A stretch of 64,000 bases of DNA from NCBI GenBank assembly GCA_965644315.1, contig CBFFRQ010000089.1, positions 186,001 through 250,000 on the forward strand, in the 5' to 3' direction. Position 1 is the first letter of the stretch. Each line of letters starts with the position of its first letter. A program made the translations under genes and the position numbers. The notes beneath the pieces were generated by a model. That model saw nothing but the letters and a program-made list of their open reading frames with translations, made no database searches and was not told where the DNA came from. Below, in pieces: positions 27,631 through 35,877 of this stretch. Source of the stretch: Caecitellus pseudoparvulus (lineage: Eukaryota > Protista > Bigyra: Bicosoecida).

Positions 27631-29410
27631 GGGCTCCTCGGAAGCACGCTGGGAGTGCTGCGTTTCCATCGCGCAACGCAGCATGGAGCAGCGAGCGCCC
27701 TGCGGGCCAGTGACGCGACAGGGCCAGAGCCACTGAGGCCACCGCCAGCGCATGTATGCGGGGGAGAGAGTGTGTGCTGAGGGCATGGGACAATGCCACC
27801 ACGACGTGAATGGGTTCCAGTTCCCCGACGCGCTGCGCAAAGAGCAAGGATACTGGGGTGGCCCGCTTGGCTGCGAGGGAAGGCAGGTCGCCAAGCAGGT
27901 GGCCCTTTGACAGGATGTCCAGGCCAGGGCGCGGCATGCCCCCCTTTGTACCCCCCTCTGGCTGCAGGGGGGGCATGTCACACGCACTGCCGTCTGCCAG
28001 CGCATGGGCCCACCGCACCGCACCGGGGTGGCCCAAGCGTGCGGCGATGGGCCAACACGCCCGCTCACGGGACGCCAGCACCTCCAGCAGGGCGTGGAAA
28101 CTGCCGGGCAGCTTCGCGGCGTGTGTCACAGTGTGTGGCGCATGCAGCAGCCCAACGTCTGTGTCTGTGAGCAGCGGCGTGGCGGGGTGGCGCAGCAGCG
28201 GCCAGTACGCAGTGTAGTGAGCAGCACGGCCCACCCCGCCAAGCCGAGTGTCCAGCACACCCAAGATGTCGCTGCGAGACGGCATGCAACCGTGCTTGGC
28301 TGCCAGGTCGCACCAGGCCCACAGGCGCCCTCCTGGACATGTGTGCAGCAGGTGCCGCAGGGCTTGGGTTAGTGCTGCGTTGCGGGCGTGATGCGGAATT
28401 TGAGCCAGCACCGCCTCACGGCACTGCGCCACACCCTGCCACTTGGAGGGGCGGGCGAGGAGACACAAAGACAGAACAACTGAGGCATCTTCCCATTCTT
28501 CCGATGTCGCATCTTGGCACAGGGCTGCTGTTCCGTCAATGAGCGTTTGCAGCAGGTGTGTGTCGCGGGCGCGTGCCGCCCAGTACAGTGCAGAGTGGCG
28601 CTGGTTCTGCTTGGGCAGCGCGGAAAAGCAAGGCCACTGGCCCGAGTCACGAGGGCGCACTGCAAAGCCCGCTTCCTTCAACGCAGCACCCCGCTGCAGC
28701 CACTGCTCCACCAGTTCCGTCTTGCCCCCCGCGCTGAGCCAGCACAACACCACACGCCAGGTGTGACTCACGCCCTCCCGCCTCTGCCCCCCATCGCAAC
28801 GCACCAGGGCATCCAACAGCGCCTGGGCAGCTGCAAGGGGGTCTTCGCATGCTTGAGCCCCCCTCCACCCCCTTGGGACGACGGCGTGTGCCAAGTCGCA
28901 GAGGGCGTGCCACGTGGGCCCGCCTGACTCGTGTTCCGGCTGCATCACGGCTGCCAGCGCGCCCAGCTGACACCGGTGGAAACTGAGACACGCCATGGAC
29001 AGCCACGCCTCCTGCCAGGGCGGGAAGCGGGGGGAGGGGTACTTGAAAGGCGAGCGGGGGACAGGTATCGCGCCGACAGCCAGGCAGAACCGTGCCACAC
29101 AGGCCATGACCCGCCAGCGCAGGGAGTCAACCGCAGTGCGCAGGAGGAAGGGAGTTGAGGAAACGCGGGCCGACAGGAGGTGCATGCGTCCCCGCACTTC
29201 CACGCCCTCTGTTGGCAGGTCCGGCGTGCCTCCCAGCGTCGCAACCTCCAGCGCCGCCTTCAGCACTGCACCAGCACTCCAATCCGCCAGCGGTGCTGAG
29301 GCAAGCTCATGCAAGTGCTGCTCTGCTTCTGCCAGCAAGGCTTCATCCGTCACGCTTGGATCGCCAGTGTGTGGTGCGCTTTCCCCCGGTGTGGGCTGCG
29401 CTGCAGCCAT
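27527..29410 (-). CDS. Degenerate ankyrin-like helical-repeat protein with variant WxxRR tail (627 aa)
   Basis: ATG-initiated long ORF. Ankyrin-like units ALYWAARARDTHLLQTLI, WPIAARLGHPGAVRW and CWLSAGGKTELVEQWL. Ends WILRRAAICCRQEQRGKR*. Confidence 0.7.
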   Translation of the reverse strand: MAAAQPTPGESAPHTGDPSVTDEALLAEAEQHLHELASAPLADWSAGAVLKAALEVATLGGTPDLPTEGVEVRGRMHLLSARVSSTPFLLRTAVDSLRWRVMACVARFCLAVGAIPVPRSPFKYPSPRFPPWQEAWLSMACLSFHRCQLGALAAVMQPEHESGGPTWHALCDLAHAVVPRGWRGAQACEDPLAAAQALLDALVRCDGGQRREGVSHTWRVVLCWLSAGGKTELVEQWLQRGAALKEAGFAVRPRDSGQWPCFSALPKQNQRHSALYWAARARDTHLLQTLIDGTAALCQDATSEEWEDASVVLSLCLLARPSKWQGVAQCREAVLAQIPHHARNAALTQALRHLLHTCPGGRLWAWCDLAAKHGCMPSRSDILGVLDTRLGGVGRAAHYTAYWPLLRHPATPLLTDTDVGLLHAPHTVTHAAKLPGSFHALLEVLASRERACWPIAARLGHPGAVRWAHALADGSACDMPPLQPEGGTKGGMPRPGLDILSKGHLLGDLPSLAAKRATPVSLLFAQRVGELEPIHVVVALSHALSTHSLPRIHALAVASVALALSRHWPAGRSLLHAALRDGNAALPACFRGAPSASPDRAQRILGTGNWILRRAAICCRQEQRGKR

Positions 29411-29727
29411 ATCTAAAAATGCCCGCGTTTCAGAGAAGTTTCAACTTGCGACCGCCCACGCCGCGCGGTGCGAGGCAGTTTGAGAGGTGGCAAAGCCGCA
29501 AAAGAGCAGGATATTCAACGTTTAGTCTTAGGCGTGGGATTGAGTTTTGTCAGCTTGCGCCCATGGAGAATTGAACCTTGAGGTGATGTTGAAAACCTCT
29601 CGGCCGCCCACGCAAAACTCCAAACGCGCATGTGTTTGGACTATTTCAAAGCTACGCACTTATCATCACTAGCAGGTGCCTTCTCCCCTCGCTCGCACGC
29701 TCCCTAACTGCAGGCAGGCTGGGCAGC

Positions 29728-30672
29728 ATGGCCAGCGAAAAGTCTGTGAGACCTTTGGCGTGTTGGGCCCTGGAGCAGTCCCTGGAGGACACATGCGGTG
29801 CTTTCGGCCCCATGACGCCTCGCACTCGCCCTGGCGGAGACGCCCGCGCCAAGGAATGGCAGGCGAGCGCCGACACTGCCATGCTGGGCGAGGGCGCTGC
29901 GGAAATCGCTTCTCGTGCCCTGCAGCTTGGCCCCGCCCACGGCCACAAGTACATGGAGGTAGCAGCGCTGCCCATCACTCGTTGCGATTTCACACTATCA
30001 GCATGGGTTCTGCCCTATGCCACTGGGCAGGCCCCTGCCCGCATGTTCCTGCTGTCGGACTGGACGCACTACTGGAGCTACTATCTGGCGTTGCTGCCAA
30101 CACCCGACCCGGGGTACATGAGCGTGAGCCTGCACCTGCGGCGCAACATCAACAGCGCGGGCAGCGACCCTGCTCAAGGCTTGGTGACGGTGGATTCCAC
30201 GAATGACGACCACATCGCCGCGGCCACAGCGGAGTATGGGCCCACCTCCGCTGGCGCCCGCCTGGCCGCTGGCCAGCCCCCCTTCCACGCCACCACCGGG
30301 AGCCTGCCGGCGGTATGGTCGCAGGCGCCGTTGGGCATGGTGCCATGCGGGGCGTGGGCCCATGTCGCGGCGACATGGAGTCGCGAGCGGCGCACCGCCA
30401 CCGTGTGGGTGAACGGCACCCCCGTTGCAGCCTGCCATGCAGAGGTGCCTGAGGAAGATGTGCAGGGTAATACGCACACGGTGCACCACGTGGGGTTGAA
30501 GGCAGATGGCGGGGACTGCCACATTCACGGCTGCCTGCTGGAGCTCACTGTGCACGGGGAGGAGCTGACGCCTGGCCAGCTGCGGAGCGTCATGGGGCGC
30601 CTGCCGGGGCAGGTGGCGTGGCGCCGGCGCCGAGACATGCTGCTGCTGCGGGGGCGCCTGATGCGCAGGTGA
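29728..30672 (+). CDS. LamG/concanavalin A-like (Laminin_G_3-type) domain protein with C-terminal WxxRR tail
   Basis: ATG at 29728. Motifs DFTLSAWV, GAWAHVAATWS, ATVWVNGTPV and IHGCLLELTVHGEELT are typical of LamG-like jelly-rolls. Ends WRRRRDMLLLRGRLMRR*. No signal peptide seen. Confidence 0.8.
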   Translation: MASEKSVRPLACWALEQSLEDTCGAFGPMTPRTRPGGDARAKEWQASADTAMLGEGAAEIASRALQLGPAHGHKYMEVAALPITRCDFTLSAWVLPYATGQAPARMFLLSDWTHYWSYYLALLPTPDPGYMSVSLHLRRNINSAGSDPAQGLVTVDSTNDDHIAAATAEYGPTSAGARLAAGQPPFHATTGSLPAVWSQAPLGMVPCGAWAHVAATWSRERRTATVWVNGTPVAACHAEVPEEDVQGNTHTVHHVGLKADGGDCHIHGCLLELTVHGEELTPGQLRSVMGRLPGQVAWRRRRDMLLLRGRLMRR

Positions 30673-30841
30673 TGTGCCAGGAACAGGGCCGACCTCGAAT
30701 GACCTGTCTGCACGGTGCCTGTTGGACAATGCAGTTTTCACGAAGCTGCTTGCTCCTGCGTTTCACCCAGCTGCCGGGTCAGCTGTCACTCGACAGAGCA
30801 CAGGGACCATCCAGAGGCAGCTGCCCAGGAGCAGCGGACCT

Positions 30842-32590
30842 TCAGCCGCGAAGTACGTGTCGGAGCAGCAGCATGCGTCGGCGAGTCAGCCATGCGGTTT
30901 GCGCACACACTGCACCTGTGCGGGCAGCGGCTGTTGAGCCATGCGGCTGGGCTGGTCCCACCAGGGCCCGAGGCAAGGGTGCAGTGCCAGCTGGAACAAG
31001 GTTCGCCACCGTTGTTCCGTGTTCTGAGTGACAGCCCCAGGTGCAGTGCAGCAGCCGCAGCAGGACACCTGTCGCGGGTCCGTACAGGGCGGGGGGCGGA
31101 CCACCCCCCTGACGCGCAGGCATGCTGCTGCAAGTCACAGCGGCACAAATGTCAGCTGCGTTCAGCTCGCGAAGTGTGTCGGGGGAGCGGCCGTCGGCTG
31201 CCTTCCACGTGGTGAAGGGGTTCCACCCCCGTGGCGGTGCAGTGAGCGGCGAAGGGAAGGCGATTCCCGCCTGAGCCAGCCAGGCACGCGCAGGGGGGAA
31301 GAGAGCTGCCACCATGACGATCAGATTCCTCGCGCCGTGGATGTGGAAACGCCGCCCAGGTTCAGTGTGCACTGGCAGGGGCAGGTCCAGAGCCAGCTCG
31401 GCAGGCAGGAAGGGCAGTGCCGCAGACCAATTGCCACGCCGCGCCACGCTGCTGTTCGGGCGCAAGCACGCTCTCTGCACAATGCGAGGTACAGACTCTG
31501 ACACATATACTGCTCCCTTGTGTGTCTGCAAGGCCTCCAGAAAGTCCGCCATCTGAGCGTGGGAGGTGTTGTAAAGCAGCCGCCGAAACGCAGCGGCGAG
31601 CTCGACGGCTGCAACCTCTGGCTCCCCCCCCTCGCACAGCCGGGCAATGAATAACCGCACCAACCGCTTTGATTGAGCAGGAAAGCTGCTCCTGCTCTCT
31701 GCTGCCAGCTGCATGCACTTTGCTGGCCTGTGGTGCTTGCTTGTCGTGCCGGGTAGCGCAAAAACCGCTTGCACCATGCTCACGTCGGCGATCATCACGG
31801 CACGCTCCAAGAGGTGCAGCGCACCCGTTGCTCCCTGCTGCACTGGACAGTACAGCATTCGATGCACACGCTCTTCACCCAGAGCGGCTTCTGCTTCGCG
31901 CATGAACGCAATCACAGCTGGCGTGCGTCGCGTCTCCACCAACGCGTGCAGCGCAGCAGCCCACCGACTGGGCGCCTGCAGCACTGTGCCAGCGTGGCGA
32001 TCCGATACGACCGTACTCGCCACCTCCACCATGGCCTGCACCAGCACCTCAGTGCTCTGCCTCGCCATGGCCCACGGCAGTCGCCGCACCAGCGCGGCGT
32101 GACTGTGCACTGGCGTTGGCTTGCCCAAGGGCGCGTCCACGCACAAACGCACCAAGGACAAGTCACCCGTGCGACCTGCGGCACATGCCACGTAGTGCAG
32201 GGCTCGCAGTATCTCTCGCTCGCACTGGATGACTGGCTGCATCGCCGCGCGTGGGCGGCACGCTGCATCGCGCCCCGCCTTCCACAGGGCAAGGCCCGCC
32301 TCAGTCACATTGGCCCGCGGGCTGTGCATGAGGAGCAAGCTGATCCAAGGTGCCAGGTCCCGGAGCTTGGGCGGGGCGCCCGACGGCACTGGGATGCCGT
32401 CTGGCAGTGCGCCAGCGTCGAGCAGGCGTGGGATGCTCTGGTGCCAGCGGTCACCTTGAAAGTCACGCCAAGCCGCACTGGCCATGTCGTGGAGGCAGCG
32501 CTTGTCCTTTGCATTCAACTTGATCTCCTCTAAAACTCCACCATCTGCCTGCGCCGTGGTGGCGGCGCTGGCGACCTTGGTGGCCGCCAT
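30842..32590 (-). CDS. Degenerate ankyrin-like protein with C-terminal WxxRR tail (582 aa)
   Basis: ATG at 32590 (MAATKVASAA). Units ACAAGRTGDLSLVRLCV and LLERAVMIADVSMVQAVF. Ends WLTRRRMLLLRHVLRG*. Confidence 0.7.
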   Translation of the reverse strand: MAATKVASAATTAQADGGVLEEIKLNAKDKRCLHDMASAAWRDFQGDRWHQSIPRLLDAGALPDGIPVPSGAPPKLRDLAPWISLLLMHSPRANVTEAGLALWKAGRDAACRPRAAMQPVIQCEREILRALHYVACAAGRTGDLSLVRLCVDAPLGKPTPVHSHAALVRRLPWAMARQSTEVLVQAMVEVASTVVSDRHAGTVLQAPSRWAAALHALVETRRTPAVIAFMREAEAALGEERVHRMLYCPVQQGATGALHLLERAVMIADVSMVQAVFALPGTTSKHHRPAKCMQLAAESRSSFPAQSKRLVRLFIARLCEGGEPEVAAVELAAAFRRLLYNTSHAQMADFLEALQTHKGAVYVSESVPRIVQRACLRPNSSVARRGNWSAALPFLPAELALDLPLPVHTEPGRRFHIHGARNLIVMVAALFPPARAWLAQAGIAFPSPLTAPPRGWNPFTTWKAADGRSPDTLRELNAADICAAVTCSSMPARQGGGPPPALYGPATGVLLRLLHCTWGCHSEHGTTVANLVPAGTAPLPRALVGPAQPHGSTAAARTGAVCAQTAWLTRRRMLLLRHVLRG

Positions 32591-32793
32591 GCTGCTCTTC
32601 TGCGGTAATCGCTTTCCCCGCAACACGCCGACTGCTCGCGCTCGAGTGTTGGGACGTCTTGAGCCCTAAGTGGCAACTTCAAGGTAAAATCATACTCCAA
32701 TGTTTAAATTTGTCGGCTACTCTGCGCGTTACAGTGCCTGGGGGCACAGTTGCTGCCCCTGTACGCGAGCCAGGCCAGCCAAAATGTGCACTA

Positions 32794-35607
32794 TTATTGC
32801 TTCCCCATTGCCGCCCGCAGCAGCACCACTTTGCGGCGCAGGCGCCAGGTGGCACCCCGTAGCCTCTGTCTCCCTCCTGGTAGCCGCATGCTGGGCGTGT
32901 CACACAGGACGCGGTCCCTCAGAAACGCCACCAAGGGGTGCGACGTCGGCAAGCGGCCTGCGCAACGCACCAGCGCCAACAGCGCCGCCTGCCCCTGACA
33001 GTAAAAGTTGGAGGTCCTGTAAAATGCCCAGGCCTTCCATGCCACACGGCAGCATTCCTCTGCACCGCCTGCCGTGTGCGGGCTCAAGTGCATGCCGTCG
33101 CCCGCCGCCGACCCGTTCGCCACCCCTTGCAGGAGGGTAAAACTGCTATCCCCCAGCGGCACCATGTCCCCCGCCCCACCCATGTGAGCCATCAGGCCCT
33201 GCACCCACGCGTCTGCGCTCAGGAAGTCCAGGCTCTTCAATGGCCCCAGAAGGAACCCCAGGGACAACATGCTCAACGCGCCAGACTGCTGCACGGTTCG
33301 CAGCACGTTCCCGATGAGAGCGCAAGGAAACGCCGGGAAGGGGGGCGGCCGTGTCGCCAGCCAAGCGCTCATGCACGTACTGCGCAAGCTGTCTGCCCTG
33401 CTCTGCAAGTTCCCGTCACCTGCGACGCCGCCCCCGCCAAACGAGTCGCTCACGTCCTCCATCGACGGTCGCAAGGTCGCGGCGCGACGAGCCAGGTCAC
33501 CGCCCTCTTCTTCGGCCATGGCCAGCTCCTCGAACAGCACACGCAGTGCAGGCAGCACATATGGGGCATTGCCGGTCAAGCCCCCCACCAGGGCCCTCCA
33601 AAGAGTCCGGGAAGGGGTGGCCAGGTGGTCGGTCTGCAGCGTTTCACAACGCAGCAAGCAACGCAGCACCTCCCGACGAGCAGCCAAGGACGCGGCTGGA
33701 CGAGCCAGAGTGGCGTTTATCAAGGCTTGCAGGGCAGTTTCCGCGGCCGTTCTCGCGGCGGTGGCGCTGGCTGCGGCCTGCTGTGCCTCAGCGGCGAGCA
33801 GGACACGGACGGTGGTGGCATGACCCCCCCACGCAGCCCAGACAAGGGGGGGTACTGCGGGCTCCGGCATGCCGGGTGTGCACGGCACTGTGATCCACCT
33901 GGAAGCCGCGCCAGAGGGCGCACAGGCCATGGCTGTGAGGGCGTCGGCGTTGCCGGTCGCAGCTGCCGACGCGACCGCCGCGCCTGCGGCGAGGTGCGCA
34001 TACCGACTCAACATGCGATTCTGGCGGCCAAAGTGCCCCAGACACATCGCCTGCAGTGCCTGGAATCTAGCCACGGGCTGCTCCCAGCTCTGGGGGAAGG
34101 CGGTCGCCCAGCGACGTGCTGGCTTCGCCCCCGCCGCTCGCCCCAGCGCCGTCCACTGCCCCTCGCCATCGAACAGCCAGCGCAGGTGCCAGGCACCACG
34201 TGGCGAGGCCATTGCTGATAGCACACCCCACTGGCCCCGGCGCAAGGCGGCTTCTAGCATGTGCCGCAGGGGTTTGGCCAGTTTGCGCCGTACCGTGTGG
34301 GAGATGGTGGTGGCCAGCTCCATGAGAAACGCTGCAACGTCGGCGAAACCGCCGTGCAGCGCAGGCTTCAATAGCGCCTGCAGCACAGTTGCCAGCTGCG
34401 CACCAGGTGCAGGCAGCAGCTGCAACGTCACGTCCCTCTGGAAGAAAGGCTGGGCCAAGCACGCACGCAGACAGCGTGGGTCCAGAAAGGCTGGGGGGAG
34501 GGGTTTCTCCAGCAAGAGCGCGGCAAATGCCTCGGCCGACGGGGGACTGGCCCCCCACTCCGGCGGCACAAAGCAGTCGGGCCGTCGCTTGGCGGCTCTC
34601 TGCAGCAAGGCAGCGCCTCTGCGGCGGTCCCAGTTGGCCTGGTGGTGTGCGCGGCGGAACAACGTCAGCCGTGGACCGGCCGGCGGCAATTCCAGCCCAG
34701 CCGCCAACCACTCGCACACCAGGCGCTGCAGGGGGCGCCAGTGGTGCAGTCCGCCCCGCAGCAAGGCGTCGGACACGTGCATGCTGAGTGGCTCCACACC
34801 CAGCTCCATGCTCACCGCCGTGGACAGCCACTTGAACGCGTACCCACTGGCGTGCTCCTCGGCCAGCAGCGAAACGCACGAGGAGCCCAGCAGGCCCAGA
34901 CACAGCAGGCTGCCGTGCACGGGAGGGCAGTTGTACATGGGTTCCAGTACCATGCCTGCTGCGTTGGCCTTGGGCACGGAGATGAGGGCTGGGGCCATGC
35001 TGACATGGGGGCGCCGCAGCATGGCTTGCCGCGCAGCCTCCAACCCCTCGTCCACCCGCCCACGCTGTGTGCAGACGCCCACCAGGTCCAGCATGCGGTG
35101 GCCAAAGGCGGTGTTGACGTTCCATCGCCACAGCGTCTCGGACAGGCACTCCATGATGGGGAGGAAGTTGACGGGGCGGTCCGCTTCCAGGGCGCTGCGC
35201 AGCGCCCAGCACAAGGAGTCACCGAAGTCTTCCTCTGGAAACGCACCAGGGGGCAGGTGGCGCATGAGCAGCACAATGCCCTCTACGCTGGCCTGGGAGA
35301 GTGCACGGAATGCTTCCCTCCAAAAGGTCTGGCTGCCGCCCGGGTACTTGCCGCTCGCCCAAGTGGCCAGTGGCACGCTGCCCAGCAGAGCAGGCAGCGC
35401 AGTTGGGCACCGGTCCAAAGCAGTCAGCAGCAGCGGCAGCACGAGGCGGGCGTGAAAGGCAGTGTCTTGTGTGGCATCCGCGACACCCTGCACGTCGGCT
35501 CTCTCGACAAGGGTGGCGAGGTGAACCGCCTCCGCCGCATCCGCTGCGGAAATTGCTTGGCGTGGTGGACACGCCGCCTTCGTTCCTGCCTCGCCCACGC
35601 CAGCCAT
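32794..35607 (-). CDS. Degenerate ankyrin-like protein (937 aa) with internal and C-terminal WxxRR motifs
   Basis: Units PPLVWAAWGGHATTVRVLL, AVASAAATGNADAL and LKPALHGGFADVAAFL. Internal NWDRRRGAALLQR; terminal WRLRRKVVLLRAAMGKQ*. Confidence 0.75.
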   Translation of the reverse strand: MAGVGEAGTKAACPPRQAISAADAAEAVHLATLVERADVQGVADATQDTAFHARLVLPLLLTALDRCPTALPALLGSVPLATWASGKYPGGSQTFWREAFRALSQASVEGIVLLMRHLPPGAFPEEDFGDSLCWALRSALEADRPVNFLPIMECLSETLWRWNVNTAFGHRMLDLVGVCTQRGRVDEGLEAARQAMLRRPHVSMAPALISVPKANAAGMVLEPMYNCPPVHGSLLCLGLLGSSCVSLLAEEHASGYAFKWLSTAVSMELGVEPLSMHVSDALLRGGLHHWRPLQRLVCEWLAAGLELPPAGPRLTLFRRAHHQANWDRRRGAALLQRAAKRRPDCFVPPEWGASPPSAEAFAALLLEKPLPPAFLDPRCLRACLAQPFFQRDVTLQLLPAPGAQLATVLQALLKPALHGGFADVAAFLMELATTISHTVRRKLAKPLRHMLEAALRRGQWGVLSAMASPRGAWHLRWLFDGEGQWTALGRAAGAKPARRWATAFPQSWEQPVARFQALQAMCLGHFGRQNRMLSRYAHLAAGAAVASAAATGNADALTAMACAPSGAASRWITVPCTPGMPEPAVPPLVWAAWGGHATTVRVLLAAEAQQAAASATAARTAAETALQALINATLARPAASLAARREVLRCLLRCETLQTDHLATPSRTLWRALVGGLTGNAPYVLPALRVLFEELAMAEEEGGDLARRAATLRPSMEDVSDSFGGGGVAGDGNLQSRADSLRSTCMSAWLATRPPPFPAFPCALIGNVLRTVQQSGALSMLSLGFLLGPLKSLDFLSADAWVQGLMAHMGGAGDMVPLGDSSFTLLQGVANGSAAGDGMHLSPHTAGGAEECCRVAWKAWAFYRTSNFYCQGQAALLALVRCAGRLPTSHPLVAFLRDRVLCDTPSMRLPGGRQRLRGATWRLRRKVVLLRAAMGKQ

Positions 35608-35877
35608 GGCGGACAGAGCAGTTGAAGCACAGCACCTTCTAGTGCAAATATATAGGACACAGTGTTCGAGTCGCTGTAATGTAAATTCCCGCAGCTACTG
35701 CCATTCCAGCCAAGCTGCGCATGCCCGTCAACCAGGCCCACACTTGCCAGTGACCACATAGTCACTTTGCAGCGCCCACGGACGCACAAGATGAACATCA
35801 AGACACGCATTACTGTGATTCTCTGCAGGCTGGCGCAGTGCTACAGTCCTGCGGCAGCATGCAGCCCTCGCCTGGCC

